64,000 nt of DNA from assembly GCA_963837715.1 (NCBI GenBank), contig CAWIOF010000003.1:181366-245365 (forward strand), read 5' to 3'. This document shows positions 37,111-46,961 of this stretch, piece after piece. The stretch is from an uncultured Actinomycetes bacterium. Lineage in GTDB: Bacteria > Actinomycetota > Acidimicrobiia > IMCC26256 > JANYLB01. Position 1 is the stretch's first letter; every line of letters begins with the position of its first letter. Below the pieces are notes generated by a model that saw only the letters and a program-made list of their open reading frames with translations, had not been told where the DNA came from and did not search any database. The position numbers and the translations under genes are program-made.

Positions 37111-38186
37111 CCGGATCCGGACGCGATCCCGACCCGCGTCTCGAGCTGCCGTTCGACCAGTTCCAGCGGTACTCGGTCGCGGCAGAGCTGCTTCGGGGGC
37201 TCGGCGTACCGGCCGGTGCCCGGGTGCTCGAGGTCGGCGGCGCGCCGGGGCCGCTCGAGGCGTTCATGCCCGAATACACGCTCGTCGTGAGCGACGTCCA
37301 GGGCAAGCAGGACGGACGGTATCTCCTCGCCGACGGTGCCGCACTCCCGTTCCCCGATGCATCGTTCGACGTCGTCCTCACCCTCGACGTGCTCGAACAC
37401 GTCCCTGCGGTGCATCGAGCCGCCTTCCTCGCCGAGGCCCGACGCGTCGCCGGAGATGTCGTCCTGCTGAGCGCGCCGTTCGCGGATCCCGATCTCGAGC
37501 TCGCGGAGGAAGCACTCAACGAGTTCATCCGCGCCCGGTTCCAGGGCGACTTCCCGACGCTCGACGAGCACGCCGACAACGGCCTGCCCGTGTTGGAGGC
37601 AACGGTTGGCTCGTTCGCCGACGACGGGTGGGCGACCGCAGCCCTTCCGAGCGGGTACCTTCCCCACTGGCTCGCGGGGATGCTGGTGCATCACGAGCTG
37701 CTGGCGACGGGTGTTCCGCACCTCGGCAAGCTCCACGCGTACTACAACCAGATGATCTCGCCGCTCGACCGGCGCGAGCCGGCGTATCGGCACGTCGTGG
37801 TCGCGTCGGAGACGCGAAGTTCGACCGACCTCGCCGGAATCGTCGATCCCCTCCGGACTCCCGGCTCCTCCGCCGTCGGATCGGCCACGCTCGCGTCGAT
37901 CGCGAGCACGGTGTTGAGCCAACGGCTCGAATCGGTTGCCCGGGCCGACGATGACGCGCGCGAGCTCGTGCAGGCGCGAACGACGATCGAGGGACTCGAG
38001 CGGGTCGTCGCGGATCGCGATGCGCGGGTGCTCGAGCTCACCGCGTTGGTCGAGGAGCTCCGGATCGAACGGAACGACGCGATCCACGGTGAGCGTGACG
38101 CTTCGGCGCGCGCCTGGCTTCTGGGCATCCCGTACATCGTGCACAAGGCTCGCCAGCGTGTGGTCGCCAAGAAGGGTCGTCAGTGA
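37107..38186 (+). CDS. SAM-dependent methyltransferase with a C-terminal coiled coil (WbdD-like chain terminator candidate)
   Basis: VLEVGGAPGPL, VVLTLDVLEHV. The C-terminal region of about 70 aa (DDDARELVQARTTIEGLERVVADRDARVLELTALVEELRIERNDA) looks heptad-like. ATGA overlap with wzt. Confidence 0.7.
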   Translation: MTGSGRDPDPRLELPFDQFQRYSVAAELLRGLGVPAGARVLEVGGAPGPLEAFMPEYTLVVSDVQGKQDGRYLLADGAALPFPDASFDVVLTLDVLEHVPAVHRAAFLAEARRVAGDVVLLSAPFADPDLELAEEALNEFIRARFQGDFPTLDEHADNGLPVLEATVGSFADDGWATAALPSGYLPHWLAGMLVHHELLATGVPHLGKLHAYYNQMISPLDRREPAYRHVVVASETRSSTDLAGIVDPLRTPGSSAVGSATLASIASTVLSQRLESVARADDDARELVQARTTIEGLERVVADRDARVLELTALVEELRIERNDAIHGERDASARAWLLGIPYIVHKARQRVVAKKGRQ

Positions 38187-40659
38187 GCAAGGGTCTCGTT
38201 CCCGGCCGCGTCTCGGTCGTCATCGTGAACTACCGCGGCTTCGACGACACCGTCGCCTGCCTCGAGGGGCTCGCCGATCTCGAGTGGCCCGATCTCGAGG
38301 TGATCGTCGTCGACAACGCATCCGGCGACGGCAGCTCCGGGCAGCTCGAGTCGAGGTTCCCTGCGGCTCGGGTGCTCGCGCTCGACGTGAACATCGGGTT
38401 CGCCGGTGGATGCAACCGCGGTGCTGCCGTGGCGACCGGCGAGTACGTGGCGTTCCTCAACAACGATGCCCGCCCCGACCCGGCCTGGATCCGGGCGGCG
38501 ATCGACGTGCTCCACGAGGACTCGACGATCGGCTGCGTCGCGAGCCGCGTGCTCGACTGGGAGGGGGCGACGGTCGACTTCGTGGCCGCGGCGCTCTCCT
38601 TCTACGGCCACGGGTTCAAACTGCACGTCGGGGAGCAGGACTCGTCGAACTTCGGTGGCGAAGCCGACGTCCTGTTCGCCTCGGGTGCCGCGATGGTCGA
38701 TGCCGACGACGGTGTTCCGGTCGTCGGGGGGTTTCGACGAGCGCTACTTCATGTTCTTCGAAGACGTCGATCTCGGATGGCGGCTCTGGCTCCTCGGTTA
38801 CCGCGTCCGCTACGTGCCGCGACTCACTCGTGTACCACCGGCATCACCGCTCGATGGCGTCGTACGAATCGTGGTGGGAGCAGTACCTCCTGGAGCGCAA
38901 CGCGCTCTTCACGATCTACAAGAACTACGACGACGCGAACCTCGCCCGGGTGCTCCCTGCCGCCCTGATGCTCGCGGTGCGCAGGGGAGTGACGCTGGGG
39001 GGCGTCGACACGCACGCCCTGGATCTGGCACACAGAACGGGCGGCGACGATCCTCCCGAGCTCGCGGTGGCGAAGCCGGCCGCGGCTTCGCTCTTCGCGA
39101 TCGACGCGATGGTCGAGGAGATGGCCGGCCTGTCGGACACGCGGACCGCGCTCCAGGCCGCGCGCCGGCGGAACGACGCCGAGATCGTGCGGCTGTTCCG
39201 CCTGCCCCTGCACCCCAACATCGGCGATCCCCACTTCGTCGACGGGTTCCGAGCTGTCGTGGAGGCCTTCGACGTGGAAGCGGTGTTCACGGAACGACGC
39301 CGGATCGTCGTCGCCACGGGCGACACCCTGGCGGCCCGGATGGCCGGGCCGGCGATCCACGCGTGGCAGATCTCCAAGGCGCTCTCCCGTGAGCACGACG
39401 TCGTCCTGATCACGACGAACGAGTGGCACGAGGTGACCCACCCCGATTTCGAGGTCCGGAAGGTCGATGACGCCGAGCTGACCAAGCTCGTGATCGACGC
39501 CGATGTCGTGATCTTCCAGGGTTTCCTGATGCGCCAGCACGCGGCATTGCGGTCGACCCAGAACGTGATCGTGGCCGACATCTACGACCCGTTCCACCTC
39601 GAGCAGCTCGAACAGGCGCGCGATCATGGAGCGGTGATGCGCCGCGCGGTCGTGCGCGACGCCACCGACGTGCTCAACGAGCAACTGCAGCGTGGCGACC
39701 TGTTCCTGTGCGCGAGCACCAAGCAACGCGACTTCTGGCTCGGTCAGCTCGCCGCGGTCGGTCGACTCAACCCGGTCACCTACGACGTCGACGAGAGCAT
39801 GGACCAGCTGGTCAAGATCGTGCCGTTCGGCGTGAGCGACGAACCCCCGCAACCCACCCGGCCGGTACTGCGTGACGTCGTCCCCGGGATCGGAGCCGAC
39901 GACAAGGTCATCCTCTGGGGCGGCGGGATCTACAACTGGTTCGATCCGCTCACGCTGCTGCGGGCCGTCGACAAGCTCCGGGGTCGGCTCCCGAACGTCC
40001 GTCTCTTCTTCCTCGGGCTGAAGCACCCGAATCCGCACGTCCCCGAGATGCGGATGGCGGTGGAGGCACGCCGCCTCGCCGACGAGCTGGGGTTGACCGA
40101 CACCCACGTGTTCTTCAACGAGGGCTGGGTCGAGTACGAAGACCGCCAGAACTACCTGCTCGAGTCCGACATCGGTGTGAGCACGCACCTGGAGCACGTC
40201 GAGACCGAGTTCTCGTTCCGGACGCGCATCCTCGACTACCTCTGGGCCGGCCTGCCGGTGGTGGCAACCGAAGGTGACTCCTTCGCGGAGCTGATCGAGA
40301 AGGACCGCTTCGGGCTGGTGGTCCCGGCGGGCGACGTGAGTGCACTCGAGGACGCCCTGTTCCGCCTGCTCAGCGACACCGAGCTGCACACGGAGTGCGC
40401 CGCGGCGGCACGTGGCGCCGCGGTGGCGTTCCGGTGGACGACGGTGCTCGAACCGCTCGTCGAGTTCTGTCGCTCACCCCGCCGCGCCGCCGATCTCGTG
40501 AACCCCGACGCTGCGGCCGACCTTCCCGAGCTCCGCGGCCCGGCACCGTCGGGCTGGTTGCACGACCTCGCCACGGTCAAGCGACTCGTGCGTGAGGGCG
40601 ACCTGCGGACGATCGTCGCCCGTGGTGTGCAGCGTGTCCGGCGGCTGCTCGCCGGCTGA
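38183..40659 (+). pseudogene. Large GT2 + GT4-like two-domain glycosyltransferase, two apparent 1-nt frameshifts (about 38713-38741 and about 38815-38825)
   Basis: Frame A reads VSVVIVNYRGFDDT..VVDNASGDGS..LNNDARP..LFASGAAMV. Frame B reads GGFDERYFMFFEDVDLGWRLWLLGYRVRYVP. Frame C reads SLVYHRHHRS... followed by a GT4-like C-terminal domain (VILWGGGIYNWFDP..STHLEHVETEFSFRTRILDYLWAGLPVV). 2477 nt equals 825 codons plus 2 nt. Confidence 0.8.
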
Positions 40660-40677
40660 TCGCGTCGCGTCGGCGGT

Positions 40678-41376
40678 TCAGCCGTCGAGGTGTCGGAACA
40701 GGGAGCCGAAGTCGGGTCCGATCAGACGCCGCCGGAGCTTGTGGTGGATCCGGTGGGTGAGGGAACTCGCGTCGCGGTTCCCCGGAAGGTCGGCGACCAG
40801 GGGTTGGCGGTCACCCCAGCGCGTCGTCGACCAGTTCCGCGCCGGCATCGAAACCGGGGCGGCGAGATCACGCCGGAACTCGATGTCGACACCGAACTCC
40901 TTGACGACCCCCTTGAGGTACTTGACCGCGAAGTCCATCGACACGCCGTGGCGCCGGAGTTCCGACGCGGTCTCGGGCGCGACCACGAAGTCGATGTTGC
41001 GGAGCAGCCACCGCCCACCGAGCATCTTGGCGAAGGCATCGCGGTGGGAGACGCAGAAGTGCATCCAGATCTGCTCCGTCATGAAGTGCGTGTGGCCGTA
41101 GAGGAACGCCTCATCGCTGAACGCGTACGGGGTCCAGAACTCGATCCGTGCACCGTCGCGGCACACCCGCCCGATCTCCGAGAAGACGTGGTTGGGTTCG
41201 TCGATGTGTTCGAGGAAGTGGGCCGAGAAGACCGCGTCGACCGACGCGTCGTCGAGGGGGTAGCGGTCGGCGGTCAGGTCGACGACGTGATCGACCTGCT
41301 CACCGGCGACGTAGTCGAGACCGATGTAGCCGTCGCGCTTGGCGTTCCCACACCCGAGGTCGATGTTGAGCGTCAT
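40678..41376 (-). CDS. Class I SAM-dependent methyltransferase
   Basis: LNIDLGCGNAKRDGYIGLD, VDAVFSAHFLEHI. 232 aa. Confidence 0.75.
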   Translation of the reverse strand: MTLNIDLGCGNAKRDGYIGLDYVAGEQVDHVVDLTADRYPLDDASVDAVFSAHFLEHIDEPNHVFSEIGRVCRDGARIEFWTPYAFSDEAFLYGHTHFMTEQIWMHFCVSHRDAFAKMLGGRWLLRNIDFVVAPETASELRRHGVSMDFAVKYLKGVVKEFGVDIEFRRDLAAPVSMPARNWSTTRWGDRQPLVADLPGNRDASSLTHRIHHKLRRRLIGPDFGSLFRHLDG

Positions 41377-41409
41377 GTCAACCGATCTTATGGGACGCGC
41401 TGCGCCGGC

Positions 41410-43880
41410 TCAGATGCGTCGACACCCGAGCACTGCCGTGCCGCCGGGGGGCTGACCGATCGCATACGCACACACGGTGTGACCGACCGGGGAGATGGGA
41501 AGCGCCACGTCGAAGCCGTGGGCCGCGCCGTAGCCGGGAAACGCAGCCGCGACGTCGGGCCGCGATGTCGCGGCAGTGGTCACGGCGGCGCCGACTCCGT
41601 CGACGTAGATGTGCAGCGCGGCGGGGGTGACCTTCTCCAGGTCGATGGCCCAACCGCGGGCGCGCACCACTCCACCGACGACGGCGACCTGATCGAGGGA
41701 GCCGACCGGTCTTCCCGCGACCTCGCGGCACCCGAGCACGGTCGTGGGGGCGGGTCCGATGCCGATCGCGTACGCGCACACGGTGTGAGGTCCGGGCGCA
41801 ACGGGCATCAAGGTGTCGAAGCCGTGAGTGGTGCCGTAGCCGGGGAACGCCGTACCGACGTCGTTGCGCGTGGAGTTGGCGCTGAGCACGGCTGCTCCGA
41901 CGCCGTCGACGTAGACGTGTACGGGGATCGACGAGCTCGTGTCGAGATCGATGGTCCAGCCGGAAACCCTGATCGGCCCGCCCTCCCGGCGCGCGAGGTC
42001 GAAGGAGCCGATGGTCGCGCCCGACACCACCCGACATCCGAGCACGCCCACCTCGGTGTTCGCGGCGTTGATGGCGTAGGCGCACACCGTGTGGTCGCCG
42101 GTCGAGAGCGGAACGGTGAGGTCGAACCCGTGGGCGCTCCCGTATCCCACGAACGCCGAGCCCACGTCGGTGCGAGTGGTGTTCGCGGTGGAGATCGCAG
42201 CACCGACCCCGTCGACGTACACGTGGATCGGCAGCGACGCGGTGGACGCCGGATCGATCGCCCAGCCACTGAGATGGACGGGTCCACCTTCGCGGCGAGC
42301 GAGGTCGATGGAACCGATCGGAGTGTCGCGCACCGTCCGACACCCCAGCAGACCGTTCGCGCCGTTGGCGACGCTGATCCCCCACGCGCAGACGGTGTGG
42401 GGCCCCGAGGTGATCGGCACCACCGTGTCGAAGCCATGGTTGTTGCCGTAGCCGGGGTGCGATGCGCCGATGTCGGGGCGAGCGAGGTTGGCAGTCGTCG
42501 CGCCGGCGATGTGTCCGTCGACGTAGATGTGGACCTGGATCGGCGCGCTGACGTCGGGATCGATGGACCAACCAGCGACACGCGCACCGGCGAGGGTTCG
42601 ATCCGCCACGTCGACCGCTCCCCACGGCCAACCGAACGCCACCCGGGGCCGGACGTTGTTCCGGACCTGGTTGATGATCGAGTACCCGCCGTTGCCGGGA
42701 CATCCGGTGCCGTCGCCGGAGATCGCGCCCGCGTCGCGGTGGCCGATGATCGGATCCACGAACGTGCCGTGGGTCGGTGTCAGCGCGTTCGGGTTGATGT
42801 TGTGGATCGTGAACTTCCACGCGATGAGGGCGCTGATGGAGTTGACGGTCGCCCCCGACGGCACCACGCCGCCGTAGTCGCCGATCATGGACACGCCGAA
42901 CGAGCCGGTGTTGAAGTCGGTGGCGTGCGCGCCCACGACCCCCTTGTCGATTCCCCCGTAGCGACCTTCGTAGATCGTCCCGTACTTGTCGACGAGGAAG
43001 TTGTACGCCTCGTCGCAGTACCCCCGGCTGTTGATGAAGTAGGCGTACAGGTTGCGGACGATGTCGGCCGCCCCCGCCTGCGAATAGTCGTTGCCGTTCA
43101 CCGTGTGATGGATGATGGCCATCTTCGGCGCGGCATAGTCCGGGCCGCTCGGGCAGACGCTCTGGCGGAGCGACTCGTCGATGCCGAGCTCCCGCGCGTG
43201 ATGATCCGGGGCTGGGCCGGCCAGGGAACGTCGCCCGGCGCGGCGGCGTCGGCCCGGTCGGCGGCTGCGATGCCGACGGCGCCGGCCGCGAGCACGACGA
43301 CCACGAGCGTGGCGGTGACCTTCCTGCGGTTGCGGACGGCCGCGATCGCCCCACCGATCGCGACGAGTCCGATCCCGGGGACCATCCCTGCGGTCTGGGA
43401 GACGGGGAGCGGTGGTGTGGGGACGTCGGTCGCGAACGCGGTCACCTCGACCGCAGTGGCGGAACCGGTCGCGAGTTGCAGGCGCACCTCGTCGGGACTC
43501 TTGACGAGGATCGGTTCGCTCACGAGCTCCGGAGCGGTGGAGGCAGCCCGTCGTGAGTCGGGTGTGTCGACGTCGGTACCGCCGTCGGCTTCGCCGACCG
43601 TTCCCCGATCGACCCAGGTGCCGTCGTCACGCCTCGTCTCGACCCGGAACTCGGCGGTCGGGTCGCCAGTCCACGCGACGCTCACGATGTTGGTGCGATC
43701 GGGTACCGATCGCACCTCCGTGCGGTCTCGCCGTTCGAGGCGGGCCCCCGGCGGTGTGACGGTCTCCTTGCTCACGTCGGATGTCACAGTTGGCGAGTCG
43801 GCTGCGAAGGCACCGGTTCCGGCGGCGAGCGCGAGCCAGATCGTGCCGACGACGAGGAGGAGGGTCGAGAGCTTCCGCAT
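41410..43880 (-). pseudogene. Secreted N-acetylmuramoyl-L-alanine amidase (Amidase_2/PGRP fold) with 4 C-terminal novel repeats, apparent 1-nt frameshift near 43190-43200
   Basis: MRKLSTLLLVVGTIWLALAAGTGAFA signal peptide, with AAGGA upstream of ATG 43880. QPRIITR then switches frame to ELGIDESLR..KMAIIHHTVNGNDY..YNFLVDKYG..GAHATDFNTGSFGVSMIGDY..IIGHRD. The junction is CACGCGCGGGAG. Confidence 0.8.
41413..42627 (-). repeat. Four tandem copies of a protein repeat of about 100 aa (novel wall-hydrolase repeat)
   Basis: Copies at about 42627-42322, 42321-42016, 42015-41710 and 41709-41413. Consensus PIGS.D....G...V.GWAIDP....P..VH.YVDG.G....AN..R.DVG..FPGYG..HGFD...P.....HTVCAYAI.......LGCR. Confidence 0.85.
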
Positions 43881-44005
43881 CAGGTCCTTCGGGGGAGGCG
43901 GCGGGGGAACGCCGGGTGAAGCCGACCATCCTCGCGCCTCAGGCGCGCTGACCGGGAGTCGGGTCAGTTCACCATTGCCCGCTCCTGAGCTCGCCGCCGA
44001 TCGGA

Positions 44006-45613
44006 TCAGGCGTTCCGGCAGCCGAGAGTCCGATTCGGGGAGTTGACGACGGTATTGATCGCGTACGTGCAGATCGTGGAGTTCGATGGCGGGGTCGGGA
44101 TGACTGCGGCGAACCCGTGTCCGACACCGAGCGCCGGGAACACGGAGGCGACATCGGGACGGGCTGCGTCGGCGGCCAGTATCGCGGCGCCGACGCCGTT
44201 CACATAGACGTGTACTGCCACCGGGCCCTTCGTGATCCCGGAGATCGCCCATCCGGTGACTTCCACAGTCTGTGGCGTCATGCGTGTCGCGGTATCGAAG
44301 GCCCCGAACGGTGTCCCTGATGGCGCCCGGCATCCGAGGCCGGTGTTCGAGCCACCCAGATCTGGGGCGATCGCATACGCGCAGACAATGCGGGCGTTTG
44401 GATCGAGGGGCAGAGTGATCGAGAATCCGTGTGACGGTCCGTAGCTGGGGAACACAGCTCCGACATCGGGCCGAGATTGGTCTGCGGAAAGGATCGCGCG
44501 CCCGACCCCGTCGACGTAGACGTGGACGGTCACGGGTCCCGACGAGTTCGGCCCGATCGTCCACCCGCTGATGTGGATCCCGTCGGGCCGGGCGTCGGTC
44601 TCGTCGAGCACGCCGATCGGGTCGGTGGTCACGCGGCGACACCCGAGCTGCGGGTTGGTGCCCCCTGAGGAGCTGATCGCGTACGCGCAGACGGTGTGCG
44701 GTCCTGCGGGGGCGGCGAAGGTCGTCGCGAACCCGTGGTCGGTACCGGCGCCGGCTACGGCGGCGCCGACATCGGGGCGCGCCAGGTTGGCGGTCGTGAT
44801 GGCGGTACCCACCCCGTCGACGTAGATGTGCACCGGGATGGGGCCGGTGGTCGTCGGGTCGACGGTCCAACCGGACGCGGTGATCGTCCCGACGCCACGG
44901 GTCGAGGCGTCGAGGAAACCGATCGGAGTCGTCGAGAAGTCGGTGATGCCCACGAGGCCGTTGAAGGCGAGCATCTTGGAGTACACGCCGAGCACGGTGG
45001 CGGTGTACGTCGGACTGGATGCCCACCTCCCGGTCATGTCCTCCCAGGTCGGGGCCCAGCCGTGCGTGCCGCCCGGGACGTTGTACCGGGAGGAGGGGTT
45101 CCAGAGCTGGACGACAGGGGGAAAGCCGATGTTGGCGTCGGTCGACCCGGCGTCGGCATACCGGCGGAGCAACTGGATCTGGCCCCTGACACCGGTCCGC
45201 GCGTCGGGCGCCCGGAACAGGTGGCTCCCGTCGCCGTACGCACCGATCCCGGCGAAGTTGTTGTCGGTCGGTCGTACGTATCCACCCGCGGGAAAGCTGA
45301 ACCAGCCCGTCTCGACGACCGACTGCGCGAACGCGATGTCGCCCCGGACCTTCGCGACGGCCCCTTCGCTCACGTAGAGCGCGGCGAGCTGCTCGACCGG
45401 GACCGACGCCTGGTACGGGCTGCGCGTGCTGGCGCGGAACCAGGCCGCGATCTGGGCTGCGTTCAGGCGGCTCGGCCCGAGGACGGGGGTCCCGGCGGCG
45501 GCGGCGGGACCGGTCGAGGCGAGCACGGGCGCGAGCGCGCCGGTCACCAGTGCAATGGCGGCCACGATCCATGTGATGGCGCGTACGCGCCGCTTCGCCT
45601 GGTGACGCATCAT
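44006..45613 (-). CDS. Secreted N-acetylglucosaminidase-family peptidoglycan hydrolase with 3 C-terminal novel repeats
   Basis: Signal/TM segment (RAITWIVAAIALVTGALAPVLA). IAFAQSVVETGWF..NNFAGIGAY resembles the Glucosaminidase (PF01832-like) motif. Three repeats of the same family as in the amidase follow. Confidence 0.8.
   Translation of the reverse strand: MMRHQAKRRVRAITWIVAAIALVTGALAPVLASTGPAAAAGTPVLGPSRLNAAQIAAWFRASTRSPYQASVPVEQLAALYVSEGAVAKVRGDIAFAQSVVETGWFSFPAGGYVRPTDNNFAGIGAYGDGSHLFRAPDARTGVRGQIQLLRRYADAGSTDANIGFPPVVQLWNPSSRYNVPGGTHGWAPTWEDMTGRWASSPTYTATVLGVYSKMLAFNGLVGITDFSTTPIGFLDASTRGVGTITASGWTVDPTTTGPIPVHIYVDGVGTAITTANLARPDVGAAVAGAGTDHGFATTFAAPAGPHTVCAYAISSSGGTNPQLGCRRVTTDPIGVLDETDARPDGIHISGWTIGPNSSGPVTVHVYVDGVGRAILSADQSRPDVGAVFPSYGPSHGFSITLPLDPNARIVCAYAIAPDLGGSNTGLGCRAPSGTPFGAFDTATRMTPQTVEVTGWAISGITKGPVAVHVYVNGVGAAILAADAARPDVASVFPALGVGHGFAAVIPTPPSNSTICTYAINTVVNSPNRTLGCRNA
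44009..44926 (-). repeat. Three tandem copies of the wall-hydrolase repeat of about 100 aa
   Basis: Copies at about 44926-44621, 44620-44312 and 44311-44009, carrying the same GW..D/VHVYVDG/R.DV/HGF/C..AI/LGCR landmarks. Confidence 0.85.
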
Positions 45614-45617
45614 TCGA

Positions 45618-46961
45618 CTATCGGTCGAGGGGAGGGTGGGGCTTGAGGCTCGATCGGTTCCGGTGGCGGGTCCGGAGCATCGCCGGACTCCTCGTGAGGA
45701 AGCCGCCGAGGGCCCGGCTGCGGGTGACCACATAGGCGGCGCGGGGCCGCTCGCCCCGCCCGATCGGTGCGATCAGGTCCCGCCAGGCATAGGAGAGGGT
45801 GTTGCCGGCAAACCGGGCGGCCGCCCGCGACGCGGGTCCGGGTCCGGCGTGGCGGGCGAGCACGAGCAGGCGGTTCCGCTCGGTGTAGAAGGCGGTGTCG
45901 CGCCACCGCCGGGAGCTGGTCGCAGCGTGTCGGTGGCGGACCACCGATTCGGGCACGTAGCGGTACCGCCAGCCGGCCTCTCGTCCGCGGAGCGAGAGCT
46001 CGAGGTCTTCGTAGTAGAGGAACAGGCGTTCGTCGAACGGGCCGATGTCTTCGAGGTACGCGGCTCGCAACAACACCGCGCCGCCGTACCAACCGAAGAT
46101 GTCGGTCGCCTGTTCGTACTGGCGCCGATCTTCTTCGAGGTACCCGATGTCGATGCCGTAGCCATCAGGCGTCATCGCGGTCCCGATGCTGTTGATCACG
46201 TCGAACGGTGCGCCGATCGTCGGTGCGGCGAACCAGCGCGAGTTGGTCGTGACGTTCGCAGTGATCGTCTGATCGAGCGACGTGAGCTGCACCGGACCCG
46301 CCGTGGGCGCGTCGAGTCGGAGCTCGCACCGGTCGGGATCGGGTGCCAGGTCCACGACCGGCACGAGGAGCGACGCGTGTTCGGTGCTCCAGCGGTATGG
46401 ACCGGAGGAGGTCCACTCGGGACCCCAGGTCCCCGTTTCGAAGCGAGTCCGTGACCAGAGGTCTTCGTCGCCCGAGCGGAGGCCGCTGATCCGTACCCCG
46501 AGCTCGCGTCGCTCGAGTCGACCACCGTCGCCGGCGGGCGCGGAGAGTTCGAGTCGGCGGTACCGGTCGCGGAAGAGGACCTTCGGCCCGGCGGCACCGA
46601 GCTGCGCGTCGCGTTCGAGGGTGGCGACGAGTGGACGGAGCCACCCCGGTTCGACGGTCACGTCGTTGTTGATCAACGCGACGTACTCCACCGCTCCGAG
46701 GTCGTCGAGCGCGAGGTTGTTGCCACCCGCGAAGCCCCGGTTGGTGGTCGAGCGCACGATCCGCACCCGCGGGTGTTCGGAGCGGACACGGTCGACGACG
46801 CTGACGGTCGAACCGTTGTCGACCACGACGATCTCGAGCGCGTCCGGATCCCAGTCGGTGCGTCCGAGCGCGTCGAGGCACTCGAGGGTGAGGGCACCGC
46901 CGTTGTGGTCGACGACGACGACCCGCACCCGGCCCGACGTCGAACCGGGGTCGGTCGTCAC
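45618..46961 (-). CDS. GT2 family glycosyltransferase
   Basis: RVVVVDHNGGALTLECL..VVVDNGSTV..INNDVTVEPGW..GGAVLLR..GPFDERLFLYYEDLELSLR..YVPESVVRHRH. The GTG start overlaps the upstream stop (GTGA). Confidence 0.85.
   Translation of the reverse strand: MTTDPGSTSGRVRVVVVDHNGGALTLECLDALGRTDWDPDALEIVVVDNGSTVSVVDRVRSEHPRVRIVRSTTNRGFAGGNNLALDDLGAVEYVALINNDVTVEPGWLRPLVATLERDAQLGAAGPKVLFRDRYRRLELSAPAGDGGRLERRELGVRISGLRSGDEDLWSRTRFETGTWGPEWTSSGPYRWSTEHASLLVPVVDLAPDPDRCELRLDAPTAGPVQLTSLDQTITANVTTNSRWFAAPTIGAPFDVINSIGTAMTPDGYGIDIGYLEEDRRQYEQATDIFGWYGGAVLLRAAYLEDIGPFDERLFLYYEDLELSLRGREAGWRYRYVPESVVRHRHAATSSRRWRDTAFYTERNRLLVLARHAGPGPASRAAARFAGNTLSYAWRDLIAPIGRGERPRAAYVVTRSRALGGFLTRSPAMLRTRHRNRSSLKPHPPLDR

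Noticed and set aside
43250-43345. Calling the LPVSQTAG segment a bona fide LPXTG sortase signal
   Set aside because: The motif deviates from the LPXTG/LAXTG consensus, and the ORF does not stop after the basic tail. It is reported only as an oddity within the amidase finding.
40690-44046. 1118-aa plus-strand ORF, the longest in the track
   Set aside because: It is antisense to the methyltransferase, amidase and glucosaminidase genes. Its composition is Arg/Gly/Asp/Val-rich with no motifs, which is typical of a high-GC shadow ORF. The minus strand carries clear domain signatures.
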